Positions 11,004-20,368 of a stretch of DNA of 64,000 bases are shown here, in pieces. Source of the DNA: Eubacteriales bacterium (lineage in GTDB: Bacteria > Bacillota > Clostridia > Oscillospirales > QAKW01). The stretch is taken from assembly GCA_045541535.1 (NCBI GenBank), contig JAZQJG010000098.1, forward strand, positions 26,981 to 90,980. The letters run 5' to 3'. A program made the translations under genes and the position numbers. The notes under the pieces are model-generated. The model was not told the DNA's origin. It saw only the letters and a list, made by a program, of their open reading frames with translations, and made no database searches. How positions within the stretch are numbered: position 1 is the first letter of the stretch; each line of letters opens with the position of its first letter.

Positions 11004-13045
11004 CCCTGCATTTTGCGATACAGGGCTGAATGTTCCAACGAAACCTTATGAGAATCATCAATTGATAAAATCATCAGTTGATGATCCACTAAAAGATATT
11101 GTACAACGCCGATCTGCTCCAAAATTTCCAAAGAAGGTAAAATGCTGCGAAGATCATAATAGCCCAGGCCACTCTTTTTCATCAATACCGGAAGATCGGT
11201 CAGATCCAGCAGCGATAAACTATTCTGAACGCATTTTTGTGCAAAACGGTAGACGTTTGCGATGATTTTGCGATTGGGATAAAGGCGGGGCGGAATCTCA
11301 CCACCGAGAGCGCACTCCAGGTCGCTGATCATCTGATTATATTTCTTCTCATAGGGGCGAATACCCTTAACGATCATTTGCAGATCACATTTACCGCGAA
11401 ACTCATTAATAGAAGCTTGAAATATTACGTCGACACAGCTTTGCGCTTCCAGAGCAAACGCATCCGGACGCATTCCGAAAAATACGGCATTGATCCGCTT
11501 TGAGCCGATCTGGAAAACAAGTCGCATATGTTTTTGATTTCCGATGGGCTTCAGCTCCCGAATAATGGCATTACGTACGCAAAACAGGGGCACCTCGTTT
11601 TGGGTGCCAAAGGGTTCCAGAAGAGAAATCTTTTGAAAGCTCTCCAGTTCAAAATCTGTTTCAAAGAGCTGGGCATCAATCTTGATGCTGTTGACATAGG
11701 GTGAGTTTTTCGTTTCAGCCTTTGCATAGGCGCAAAAACGGTCTCTGAATTTGGGAAGCTCGGACGAAGGCAACGTGATGCCCGCCGCCATCGCATGACC
11801 GCCAAAGCGAAAATCGACGTCCTCCAGTGCCCCCAGTGCGTTATATAAATTCAGGGGTTCCATACTGCGGCCGGAGCCCTTTGCTTTGCCCTCGGATACG
11901 GCAAACAAGATGGTGGGCAGACCGTACTTTTCTTTAATGCGGGAGGCGACGATGCCGATAACACCGTGATGCCATCCTTCCTTCCATAAAATCAGAGCGC
12001 TTTGATCACGGTATAACTTTTTCTCTCGGATAATGGTATCCGCTTCCTCAAAAATTTTAGCCTCAATTAACTGGCGTTTGTTATTGAGCTCACACAAATA
12101 GTCAGCCGTTTGGGTCCAAACCGAAGGCTTTTGTGAAATCAGCAGTTCCACAGCTTTCAATGAATCACCGATCCGGCCGGCGGCATTGATGCGGGGTGCG
12201 ATCAGAAAACTGACGTCAAACACGGAGAGCTGATCCAAGTTACGAATGCCGGCTGCTAGCATCAAAGCGTGAAGTCCACTGCGATTTTTAGAAAGTACTT
12301 GCAGGCCTCGACGGATAATATAACGATTTTCTCCAACTACAGGCATAACGTCGGAAATGGTGCCCAAGGCTACAAGATCTGAATACTGATCCAGCAGTTC
12401 CTCCTGAGTGCCCGGTGCGTGTAGTGCAGCAATCAACTTAAAAACAACGCCGACACCTGCCAAAGCGCGAAACGGATAATCGCAATCCGGTCTTTTTGGA
12501 TTACATACGGCTACGGCAGCAGGGATCTCTCCGGCGCATTCGTGATGATCGGTGATGACAAAATCAATGCCGATCTTCTTTGCATATTCCACTTCCTCTA
12601 CGGCGGTTACGCCGGTATCCACTGAAATAATCAAGCTACTACCGTTTTTTGCAATGCGATCAATGGCGTTACAGTTTACGCCGTAACCTTCTTCAATCCG
12701 GTCGGGAATGTAAAAATAAACCTGTAAACCGCGGCGAGTCAGATAGGTATACAGCAGCGCAACCGATGTAATACCGTCCACGTCATAGTCTCCGTAGATC
12801 GTAACAGTCTCACCCGCAGTAATAGCGGTGTTGATTCTTGCTACCGCAAGATCCATATCACGAATGACAAAAGGATCGTTCAACACGGCAGCAGTTGTAT
12901 GAAGGCAATTATCAATTTCTTCAAAGCTATCAAAGCCGCGATTAATCAAAATATCAGCAAGGAATAAAGGGATATTATATCGTCCGGCAATGACCGCGGC
13001 ACGTTCATTTTGCTGTTTGGGCATAATCCAATTTTTAATTGCCAT
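11000..13045 (-). CDS. recJ: Single-stranded-DNA-specific exonuclease RecJ
   Basis: DHH family motifs (DYDVDGITS, ITDHHE) and a DHHA1 region. A 4-nt ATGA overlap links it to relA. Confidence 0.95.
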   Translation of the reverse strand: MAIKNWIMPKQQNERAAVIAGRYNIPLFLADILINRGFDSFEEIDNCLHTTAAVLNDPFVIRDMDLAVARINTAITAGETVTIYGDYDVDGITSVALLYTYLTRRGLQVYFYIPDRIEEGYGVNCNAIDRIAKNGSSLIISVDTGVTAVEEVEYAKKIGIDFVITDHHECAGEIPAAVAVCNPKRPDCDYPFRALAGVGVVFKLIAALHAPGTQEELLDQYSDLVALGTISDVMPVVGENRYIIRRGLQVLSKNRSGLHALMLAAGIRNLDQLSVFDVSFLIAPRINAAGRIGDSLKAVELLISQKPSVWTQTADYLCELNNKRQLIEAKIFEEADTIIREKKLYRDQSALILWKEGWHHGVIGIVASRIKEKYGLPTILFAVSEGKAKGSGRSMEPLNLYNALGALEDVDFRFGGHAMAAGITLPSSELPKFRDRFCAYAKAETKNSPYVNSIKIDAQLFETDFELESFQKISLLEPFGTQNEVPLFCVRNAIIRELKPIGNQKHMRLVFQIGSKRINAVFFGMRPDAFALEAQSCVDVIFQASINEFRGKCDLQMIVKGIRPYEKKYNQMISDLECALGGEIPPRLYPNRKIIANVYRFAQKCVQNSLSLLDLTDLPVLMKKSGLGYYDLRSILPSLEILEQIGVVQYLLVDHQLMILSIDDSHKVSLEHSALYRKMQG

Positions 13046-13083
13046 ATCCCCTTCTCCTTTCTAAAAAATAAAATTATTATATA

Positions 13084-13112
13084 ATTATAGCATTATTATA
13101 TTATAATATCAA
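13084..13112 (-). promoter_or_regulatory. Sigma-A-type promoter for the recJ-relA operon
   Basis: On the minus strand: TTGATA (13112-13107), a 17-nt spacer, then TATAAT (13089-13084), about 40 nt upstream of the recJ ATG. Confidence 0.5.
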
Positions 13113-13140
13113 GATTTTTAAAATATTATGTTCAATTAAT

Positions 13141-13177
13141 TTTTCAAAAAAATAAGGCGACGCAAAAGCGTCGCCTT
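13141..13177 (-). terminator. Rho-independent terminator after ispH/S1
   Basis: AAGGCGACGC-loop-GCGTCGCCTT stem followed by a T-run on the minus strand. Confidence 0.85.
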
Positions 13178-13189
13178 AAATATAAAAGA

Positions 13190-15175
13190 TTATTCAGCGT
13201 CGGTTTCCTCAGCGATGTCGCCATTGTCCTCCAGCAAAGCGCGGATGGACAGGCCAACCTTCTGCTTTTCGGTATCGATCTCAACGATCTTAACGTCAAC
13301 CTCGTCGCCAACCTTAACAACGTCGGCAGGCTTGCCGATACGCTTGTCGGACAGCTGAGAAATATGAATCAGACCGTCTACACCGTCAACGATGTTGGCA
13401 AATGCGCCGAAGGGCATCAGATTTACGATCTTAACGGTGGTAACGTCACCTTCAGCAAACTTGTCGGTGAACAGTTTGAAGGGATTGTCTTCGTCCTTTT
13501 TGTAGCCGAGAGAAACCTTCTTGTTCTCAACGTCAAGCTCTTTGATGTAAACTTCCAGAGTGTCGCCAACCTTGACAACCTCGTTGGGATGCTTGATCTT
13601 CTTCCAGCTGAGCTCGGTGATATGTACCAAGCCGTCTACGCCGCCGATGTCAACAAAAACACCGAAATTGGTGATAGATCTCTCGCTACGAACGGTACCG
13701 GTCAACTTCTGGCCAACCTCGGCGTTCGCCCAGAAAGCTTCCTGAGCCTGCTTTCTTTCAGCACTGGCAACAGCCTTCATGGAGCCGATGATCTTCTTGC
13801 GTCCGCGAACGGTGGAGAACTCAATGATGTTCAGCTTAACTTCGGTCTTCAGCAGGGTCTCAAAGTCAAAGTCACGGGGCTTTGCAGTCTGAGACATGGG
13901 AACGAACACACGTACGCCGTATACAGAAACTGTCAGACCGCCGTTGTTAACGCCGGTTACGACACCTTCAACAACTTCCTTTTCATTCATTGCGGCCTCA
14001 ATCTTCTCAAAGCCTGCAAGGGCGTCCAGTTTCTTCTTGGACAAAGCGATCGTACCTTCTACGTCGCTGACTCTCAATACGATAGCGTCAAACTCGTCGC
14101 CGACTTTGACGGCAGTCTCCAGATCCACGGCAGGATCCGAAGAGAAATTGTCTCTGGTAATGAAGCCGGATTGTTTGGCCCCCAGTTCTACCTTGATTTC
14201 AGTAGGAGTAACACCTACTACAACAACCTTTACACGCTCACCGGTGGTAATGGTCTTGCAGGAATCCTCCAGCATTTCGGCAAAGGTCATTTCGCCAACT
14301 TCCGCTACATTTTTCGTCTCTTCTGACATTGTTTCTTTTACCTCCTCAATTACACAGTCCGGTGTTGAAGCACCGGCTGTGATACCGATCAAATTGAATT
14401 TTTTTATAGTTTCGATCGGTAGTTCGCCGGCCGACTCAATCAAAAAAGAATTCGGACACACTGCCTGCGCTATGTGATAAAGCTTGTTTGTATTGGAGCT
14501 TTGCTTGCCGCCAACCACAAAAAAAGCGTCACATTTTGCAGCCAATCGGCCGCATTCTTCCTGTCTTAAATCGGTAGCATTACAGATTGTATCATATATT
14601 ATTGAATTTTTAAAGGTTTTTTTGATAATTTTTTCACATTTTTTAAATTCTTTTACGGAAAAAGTAGTTTGCCAAACTACATCCACAAACAAATTCTCGG
14701 AATGTGTAAAATTTTTGGTGATTTTTTCAAGTCCTTCCGCATCCCGAAAGACCAGACATCGCTCCGGATGGGCAAAACTACGAATCCCCATCACCTCGGG
14801 ATGACCTTCATCCCCACCGATAAGTACCCAATGATCACCCTCAGCCACTCGCTCAACAATCCGATGGATCTTGGCCACAAAGGGACAGGTTGTGTCAATT
14901 ACTTTACCGGCTTTTTGGTCCAGTAAAAGATAATCTTCCTTGGTGATTCCGTGAGCACGCACCACGGCAACGGCTCCTTCCGGAAGATCGGCGGGTGAAT
15001 CCACAATTTTTACCCCTCTTTCCCCCATCCGTGCAATAATCTGGGGATTATGGATAATCGGACCGATGGTGCAAATTTTTTCATTGTGCTCCTCAATTGC
15101 CTTTTCCAAAAGATTTACAGCACGCTCTACGCCAAAACAAAATCCCGCACTTTTTGCTACGATTATCTTCATCAT
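13190..15175 (-). CDS. ispH: Fusion protein: 4-hydroxy-3-methylbut-2-enyl diphosphate reductase (IspH/LytB) + four S1 RNA-binding domains (RpsA-like)
   Basis: N-terminal LytB region (GFCFGVERAV, conserved Cys). From about aa 290 there are repeated S1 motifs (e.g. GTVRSERSITNFGVFVDIGGVDGLVHITELS). It sits downstream of cmk, as rpsA/ypfD does in other bacteria. Confidence 0.93.
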   Translation of the reverse strand: MMKIIVAKSAGFCFGVERAVNLLEKAIEEHNEKICTIGPIIHNPQIIARMGERGVKIVDSPADLPEGAVAVVRAHGITKEDYLLLDQKAGKVIDTTCPFVAKIHRIVERVAEGDHWVLIGGDEGHPEVMGIRSFAHPERCLVFRDAEGLEKITKNFTHSENLFVDVVWQTTFSVKEFKKCEKIIKKTFKNSIIYDTICNATDLRQEECGRLAAKCDAFFVVGGKQSSNTNKLYHIAQAVCPNSFLIESAGELPIETIKKFNLIGITAGASTPDCVIEEVKETMSEETKNVAEVGEMTFAEMLEDSCKTITTGERVKVVVVGVTPTEIKVELGAKQSGFITRDNFSSDPAVDLETAVKVGDEFDAIVLRVSDVEGTIALSKKKLDALAGFEKIEAAMNEKEVVEGVVTGVNNGGLTVSVYGVRVFVPMSQTAKPRDFDFETLLKTEVKLNIIEFSTVRGRKKIIGSMKAVASAERKQAQEAFWANAEVGQKLTGTVRSERSITNFGVFVDIGGVDGLVHITELSWKKIKHPNEVVKVGDTLEVYIKELDVENKKVSLGYKKDEDNPFKLFTDKFAEGDVTTVKIVNLMPFGAFANIVDGVDGLIHISQLSDKRIGKPADVVKVGDEVDVKIVEIDTEKQKVGLSIRALLEDNGDIAEETDAE

Positions 15176-15753
15176 TATTCTCCCAAAGCGTAGATGGAAT
15201 CCAGAATTTTTTGACTTGCTTCTTGATATTCCATATCACCGCAAAGTTCCTCATAGGAGCGGGGTTGATCAAAATAAACGTCGGTACGGCAAAATGGCTT
15301 AAAGGTGCCCTTAGAAGGCTTAATACGCACCATCAGTAACGGAGCCTTTGACCGTTTGGCAATTAAAGCTACGCCTGCTTTTGCACTGGACACCTTACCG
15401 TTAAGAATGCGCGTGCCTTCCGGAAAAATACCCAAAATACCGTTGTCTTTTACGATAGAAAGACAGGTACGGATCGCTTTAAGATCCTTCCCTTCCCGAT
15501 CCACCGGAAATGCACCGATTTTTTGTAAAATAAATCCAAGTACAGGTGCGTTGCATGCCTCTTTTTTTGCTATAAAACGAAGCGGGGTTTTCATCGCTAA
15601 ACCGATAAAAACCGGATCAAAATATGAAATATGATTGGCGCAAACGATCAGCGGACCGCTTTGGGGAATGTTTTCAAGTCCGTGATATTTTCTGGGCATC
15701 AACACAAAGCAAATGGGTCTGATCAGCTCACGAATAAATTTATAAAATTTCAT
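15175..15753 (-). CDS. plsC: 1-acyl-sn-glycerol-3-phosphate acyltransferase
   Basis: NHISYFD (NHxxxxD) and FPEGTR acyltransferase motifs. Confidence 0.9.
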   Translation of the reverse strand: MKFYKFIRELIRPICFVLMPRKYHGLENIPQSGPLIVCANHISYFDPVFIGLAMKTPLRFIAKKEACNAPVLGFILQKIGAFPVDREGKDLKAIRTCLSIVKDNGILGIFPEGTRILNGKVSSAKAGVALIAKRSKAPLLMVRIKPSKGTFKPFCRTDVYFDQPRSYEELCGDMEYQEASQKILDSIYALGE

Positions 15754-15755
15754 AT

Positions 15756-16427
15756 TCAGATCTTCTCCTTGATAATCGCAACCAGCCGCTCCAGAGATTG
15801 GTCAAAATCAAGTTCAGAGGTGTCCAGTATAATGCTGGTTTCAGAAGGTTTGAGCGGTGCCACCTCACGGTGAGAATCCTGATAATCACGATCAATGATA
15901 TCCTGCAACAATTGTTGAAAATCAATTTGCTGTCCCCGCTGCTGCAGTTCAGCATACCTGCGTTTAGCACGGATTTCGGGAGATGCAGTCAAAAAAATCT
16001 TTACGTTTGCATCGGGCAATACTACGGTACCAATGTCACGCCCATCCATAATTACACTGTTTTCTCTGGCCAACTTTCGCTGCGTCTCCAGCAAAAAGGC
16101 TCTGACCTCAGGAATTTTGGCTACGGCAGAAGCATAGGCGGAAATAATATGGGTGCGAATCTCCGCCGAGACGTTTTCACCGTTCAAATAGATAAGTTGT
16201 TCCCCGTCCACGTACCGAATGCTGATATCGATTTCGGAAAGCATTGAAACAATAGGCGTTACGTCATCCAGTACAATGCCTTTACGATGGGCGTACAGAC
16301 CAATCGTACGATACATTGCGCCGGTATCTACGTAAATAAAACCTAACTGCGCCGCTGCTTTTCTGGAAAGGGTGCTTTTTCCGCTACCGGAAGGCCCGTC
16401 GATTGCTACATTTACAATTTTATTCAT
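15756..16427 (-). CDS. cmk: Cytidylate kinase
   Basis: P-loop IDGPSGSGKST, 223 aa, typical Cmk layout. Confidence 0.95.
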   Translation of the reverse strand: MNKIVNVAIDGPSGSGKSTLSRKAAAQLGFIYVDTGAMYRTIGLYAHRKGIVLDDVTPIVSMLSEIDISIRYVDGEQLIYLNGENVSAEIRTHIISAYASAVAKIPEVRAFLLETQRKLARENSVIMDGRDIGTVVLPDANVKIFLTASPEIRAKRRYAELQQRGQQIDFQQLLQDIIDRDYQDSHREVAPLKPSETSIILDTSELDFDQSLERLVAIIKEKI

Positions 16428-17644
16428 AATAACTCCTCCGCCGCACTTTTTCCGGCAAGATACCCGGTTGAAAATGCGATTTGTAAATTAAATCCACCGG
16501 TATAGGCATCCACGTCCAACACCTCACCGGCAAAATAGATTTTTTCATTGATTTTTGAAGCCATGGTTTTGGGTGAAATTTCACTCACCGCAACACCGCC
16601 GGCAGTAATGATAGCTTTTTCAATCCCTTCTTTTCCAATCAAATCAAGGGTAAATGACTTAAGGCCTTGCACCAGCGTCTCTCGTTCCTCTTTGGTAATC
16701 TGATTGACCTTCTTGAAGGGTGAAATTCTACAGTATTCTAACAAAATCGGCAATAATTTGTGAGGTAATAACCCCTCAATGCCGTTGAGCACGTTTTTGT
16801 TCATAACCAATGAAAAGTCGCGCAATAAACGCTGGTGTAGTTGCTCTTCACTCAGTGCCGGTTTAAAGTCGATGACGGCTCTGGCCTGCTCAAAATCATC
16901 AAAATGAGCCGACGCCGATAAAACGGTAGGGCCGGAGATTCCGATATGGGTAAACAGCAACTCTCCAAAATCGGTATACACACGCTTATTGCCGCGATAA
17001 AAGGATACCCCAACGTTTTTAAGGGTCATCCCTGCCAGCTCACAGCAAAAATTCTGCTTACATTTCAGACCGATCAAAGAAGGACGGGGCTCCACAATGG
17101 TGTGACCAATTGCCTCTGCAAAGCGGTAACCATCCCCCGTGCTACCCGTTTTGGGATAGGACAGGCCGCCGGTTGCAATGATACAACGCTTGGCCATATA
17201 TTCTTTCTGTCCCACAATCAAAACGTCGTTTACTCGAGGTGTAATACTCTTCACTGTATCCTGACATATTACAACGCCAAGTTCTTTTGCAAAGCGTACC
17301 AAAGCATCGCGAATATCCGCAGACCTGTCACTTTGAGGAAACACTCTTTGTCCCCGTTCGGTTTTCAGCTTTACGCCCAGGTTTTCAAAAAAAGACATAG
17401 TGTCTCTTGCGTTAAACTGATAAAAGGCACTGTATAAAAATTTGGGGTTATGTGCTACTTCGGCCAGCAAAGTTTGTTCATCACAGTTATTGGTGACGTT
17501 GCATCTACCCTTTCCGGTGATTAACAGTTTGAGGCCCGGAGCTTCGTTCTTTTCAATGATCTCCACCGTTGCCCCCAGCATAGCCGCCTGAATAGCGGCC
17601 ATCAAGCCGGCAGGTCCGGCACCGATCACAATTATATCTATCAT
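16424..17644 (-). CDS. FAD-dependent oxidoreductase, HI0933/BaiN-like family
   Basis: Dinucleotide fold VIGAGPAGLMAA and the full-length family pattern. I prefer the MIDIIVIG start (GGTGA RBS), which is 9 codons inside the ORF-track start at 17671. Confidence 0.85.
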   Translation of the reverse strand: MIDIIVIGAGPAGLMAAIQAAMLGATVEIIEKNEAPGLKLLITGKGRCNVTNNCDEQTLLAEVAHNPKFLYSAFYQFNARDTMSFFENLGVKLKTERGQRVFPQSDRSADIRDALVRFAKELGVVICQDTVKSITPRVNDVLIVGQKEYMAKRCIIATGGLSYPKTGSTGDGYRFAEAIGHTIVEPRPSLIGLKCKQNFCCELAGMTLKNVGVSFYRGNKRVYTDFGELLFTHIGISGPTVLSASAHFDDFEQARAVIDFKPALSEEQLHQRLLRDFSLVMNKNVLNGIEGLLPHKLLPILLEYCRISPFKKVNQITKEERETLVQGLKSFTLDLIGKEGIEKAIITAGGVAVSEISPKTMASKINEKIYFAGEVLDVDAYTGGFNLQIAFSTGYLAGKSAAEELL

Positions 17645-17715
17645 ACATTTCACCATTTTGTATTGTAACACATATTTATTTAATTGGCAACAATTACGCT
17701 ATAAGAAAAAAACAG

Positions 17716-17743
17716 TTGATTTTTTCAAAATATATGTTAAAAT
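17716..17743 (+). promoter_or_regulatory. Sigma-A-type promoter for tRNA-Thr
   Basis: TTGATT (17716-17721), a 16-nt spacer containing a TG, then TAAAAT (17738-17743), 12 nt before the tRNA 5' end. Confidence 0.55.
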
Positions 17744-17755
17744 ATATAAGTGCTT

Positions 17756-17831
17756 GCTGGAGTGGCACAGTCGGTAGCGCAGCTGATTCGTAATCAGCAG
17801 GTCGTGGGTTCAAGTCCCATCTCCAGCTCCA
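17756..17831 (+). tRNA. tRNA-Thr (anticodon CGU), CCA encoded
   Basis: I folded the cloverleaf by hand: a 7-bp acceptor GCTGGAG/CTCCAGC, anticodon stem GCTGA/TCAGC with loop TTCGTAA, T-loop TTCAAGT. There is one A-C mismatch in the D stem. Confidence 0.9.
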
Positions 17832-17836
17832 TATTA

Positions 17837-17869
17837 CAAGGACCGTTTTATTGGCGGTCCTTGTTTTTT
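17837..17869 (+). terminator. Rho-independent terminator after tRNA-Thr
   Basis: CAAGGACCG-loop-CGGTCCTTG followed by TTTTTT. Confidence 0.85.
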
Positions 17870-17889
17870 ATCTCATTTTAAATTTTTTA

Positions 17890-17918
17890 TTGAAATTTTA
17901 CGTAAAATGAGATACAAT
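17890..17918 (+). promoter_or_regulatory. Sigma-A-type promoter for ireB
   Basis: TTGAAA (17890-17895), a 17-nt spacer, then TACAAT (17913-17918). RBS AGAGGTGAG precedes the ATG at 17938. Confidence 0.6.
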
Positions 17919-17937
17919 ATATCAGAGGTGAGTTATT

Positions 17938-18183
17938 ATGAACGGAAATACTTTGCAATTCAATATCAACGGCGATCGTGAACAACAAACCAAAATGATT
18001 TTGACCGCTGTATATGATGCACTTAAAGAAAAGGGATACAATCCCTTAAATCAGATCGTCGGTTACCTGTTGTCCGAGGATCCCACGTATATTACCAACC
18101 ATAACAACGCACGCTCCCTGATTCGCAAAATCGACCGTGAGGAGCTGTTGCAAACGCTCTTAAAATCTTATTTAGATGGCTGA
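17938..18183 (+). CDS. ireB: IreB-family regulatory phosphoprotein (UPF0297, YrzL-like)
   Basis: 81 aa. The core [51 protein letters not shown] is the hallmark of the IreB/UPF0297 family. It is the only protein gene on the plus strand. Confidence 0.9.
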   Translation: MNGNTLQFNINGDREQQTKMILTAVYDALKEKGYNPLNQIVGYLLSEDPTYITNHNNARSLIRKIDREELLQTLLKSYLDG

Positions 18184-18190
18184 TCAAAAC

Positions 18191-18228
18191 TCCTGTGGCG
18201 GCATTTTGCTGTCACAGGATTATTTTTG
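18191..18228 (+). terminator. Rho-independent terminator after ireB
   Basis: TCCTGTG...CACAGGA stem followed by TTATTTTTG. Confidence 0.7.
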
Positions 18229-18229
18229 T

Positions 18230-18265
18230 TCAAAATAAGCTGACCCCGGATTACAGGGTCAGCTT
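18230..18265 (-). terminator. Terminator after the DUF4330 operon (hairpin usable in both directions)
   Basis: AAGCTGACCC-loop-GGGTCAGCTT, followed by ATTTTG on the minus strand. Confidence 0.65.
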
Positions 18266-18268
18266 ATT

Positions 18269-18763
18269 TCATTTAATTTCAATTGAAAGCAGAGTGCCCT
18301 TGCACTCCAAAACACCGTTGGTAACGTCCAGTGCCTGACCGGGAATGAGTTTATAGTTTTTGCCCACGAAATACTTCCCATCACGACAAACCAGCTCATC
18401 CGATTGCAGTGTCACTTCCGCCACAAAATACATAGGATTGGCGGCAGAATATATTTTTCCATCTGCGGAATTTACCGTATCCACACGGTTTTCACTGGTG
18501 ACGGAAACCACCTTTCCCAAATCCTGAATCTTCGGAACGGCAATCAGGTCACCTTGCTGCAACGCCTCCACCTCATAGGAACGCAAATTGCTCAGACGAA
18601 TGGTGATCTCACCCTGCTGATAGTCGGGCATATAGACCGTGTTATCCACCATCGTTAGCTTATAAACGCCGCCAAGCAACAACACAGTGAAAATAAGAAG
18701 CAAAATAAAGTCAAGCAGATTGATCTTACCAAACAGATTTCCCTTTTGATCTACGATTCTCAT
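18269..18763 (-). CDS. DUF4330 domain protein (N-terminal membrane anchor + beta-rich ectodomain)
   Basis: The N-terminus DQKGNLFGKINLLDFILLLIFTVLLLGG matches the DUF4330 signature as I remember it. A 4-nt overlap links it to the upstream gene. Confidence 0.75.
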   Translation of the reverse strand: MRIVDQKGNLFGKINLLDFILLLIFTVLLLGGVYKLTMVDNTVYMPDYQQGEITIRLSNLRSYEVEALQQGDLIAVPKIQDLGKVVSVTSENRVDTVNSADGKIYSAANPMYFVAEVTLQSDELVCRDGKYFVGKNYKLIPGQALDVTNGVLECKGTLLSIEIK

Positions 18764-19245
18764 TTGGATACCTCAACCTCCTTTATACCGGTAACGTAAC
18801 CATTAAAACGATACGTATCCGTTTCAAAGTGCCACTCATCGTCGTAAATAACCGAACGGTTTTGCGCAAACACGGCACCCTTATCATTTTTATATCCGGT
18901 GGTTTTAACAACGACGCGACAGAAAATATGATCGTCACTTTCCGCCAAATCAAATTGTTTAGTCGTTTCATTAAACACAGCCGCTTGATACGGTAAGGAT
19001 TCAACGGACTCAATAACGCCGAATTCCTTATCGTCGGAAATAATGTACACAACGTCGCCGACTTTGAGTTTATCAAACGTGCCCACCTTTGCCTTTTCGG
19101 TCTCAAAGGTAAGATAGTAATCCATTTCCGGATTTGCGCTCAATTCAGTGTCTGCAGGGCGGAACAAAAAGAAGCAGACACCTGCAATCAAAACAACTGC
19201 GATACAAACGATCAGTGTATCCAGCCAATTCCATTTTCTTTTCAT
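18760..19245 (-). CDS. DUF4330-like paralog (membrane-anchored)
   Basis: Same size and architecture as the neighbour: a WLDTLIVCIAVVLIAG anchor followed by a beta-rich domain. The sequence is divergent. Confidence 0.6.
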   Translation of the reverse strand: MKRKWNWLDTLIVCIAVVLIAGVCFFLFRPADTELSANPEMDYYLTFETEKAKVGTFDKLKVGDVVYIISDDKEFGVIESVESLPYQAAVFNETTKQFDLAESDDHIFCRVVVKTTGYKNDKGAVFAQNRSVIYDDEWHFETDTYRFNGYVTGIKEVEVSK

Positions 19246-19246
19246 A

Positions 19247-20368
19247 TCATTTGCTCCTTTGTATTAAATCGGAATATACTTCTTCCATTTCGGCAGCCAT
19301 CGTCTCCGCCGTAAATCGCTTCTTAAAGCTGTCGCCGGCGCCAACCGAAGTTTTTGCATACAATTCCTTATCATTTTTCATACGCAAAATTGCTTTTGCC
19401 AAGGTATGGGCATCCTTTTTACGGAAAATCAAACCGTTTTCTTCGTGGGAGACAACGTACGGGTTACCTCCAAAATCCGAAACAACGGCCGGAATGCCCA
19501 ATGAAAAGCCTTCCAGCAAAGCCATAGAAGTGGCTTCAGTACCATAGGAGGCGTTTAACTGCAGATCGGTAACAGACAGCAGGCGCCCGATTTCTTTGAT
19601 AAATCCGACGAAGCAAACCATATCCGTTACGTCCTGCTCAGCGGCATACGCTTTCAACTCTTCTTCAATACCACCGGTGCCGGCAATCAATACACGAACG
19701 TCACTTTCTCCCTGATCCTTCAGCAATCTGGCGGCATCAATCACGTATTTGTGACCCTTAACCTCTTCCAGACGGGCGATAATGGAACAGACAAAGGCAT
19801 CTTTGCCAATACCGTATTGTTCACGAATCTGAATACAATTTTCCACGTCCTGGCGTTCCACTGCTTCCACGCCATTGAAAATCACGTCAATCTTATCCTC
19901 CGGCGTGCCGGAATCTGTGAGCAACGTCTTGGCGGCAGGAGAAACGGCAATAATTCGGTCAGCATAATGGGAATTGATGGTGCCAAGGGCTGTACGACCC
20001 AAAAAGGAGGTTTGCCAAGCAGGCAGATCAAATACACTGTGTCTGGTATACACCACCTTACAACCGCATTGTTTTCCTGCAATGCGAGCACTAAGCGCAC
20101 CATGGGAATGTACAATATCGGGACGAAGGGTGCGAATTACTTTTTTCAATGCCTTTACATCAGCCGCATTAAAAGAACGGTCATACAAGCCGTCAAGTTC
20201 AATGATCTGATATGCATCAGCGTCCATATATGCAAGAAGCTTGCTCCCTTTGGGCAGGACGACGGAAACCTCGAATTTTGCAGAGTCAAAGTGATTGAGA
20301 TAATTAAGAAGCACTCTGCCGGCACCGCCAAAATTTGTATCACTGATGCAATGCAATACTCTAATCAA
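19247..20368 (-). CDS. Glycosyltransferase family 4 (GT-B, RfaB-like)
   Basis: N-terminal GGAGRVLLN and C-terminal EGFSLGIPAVVSD..G (E-x7-E-like) motifs of GT4 enzymes. Confidence 0.85.
   Translation of the reverse strand: MIRVLHCISDTNFGGAGRVLLNYLNHFDSAKFEVSVVLPKGSKLLAYMDADAYQIIELDGLYDRSFNAADVKALKKVIRTLRPDIVHSHGALSARIAGKQCGCKVVYTRHSVFDLPAWQTSFLGRTALGTINSHYADRIIAVSPAAKTLLTDSGTPEDKIDVIFNGVEAVERQDVENCIQIREQYGIGKDAFVCSIIARLEEVKGHKYVIDAARLLKDQGESDVRVLIAGTGGIEEELKAYAAEQDVTDMVCFVGFIKEIGRLLSVTDLQLNASYGTEATSMALLEGFSLGIPAVVSDFGGNPYVVSHEENGLIFRKKDAHTLAKAILRMKNDKELYAKTSVGAGDSFKKRFTAETMAAEMEEVYSDLIQRSK

Noticed and set aside
13120-13136. AAAATATTATGTTCAAT, which resembles the dif-like right arm and the XerD arm of E. 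coli dif.
   Set aside because: No inverted partner arm lies at a 6-bp spacing. It sits in the recJ promoter/ispH terminator gap and is best explained as AT-rich promoter sequence. It is kept as a caution against over-reading the 155-184 site.
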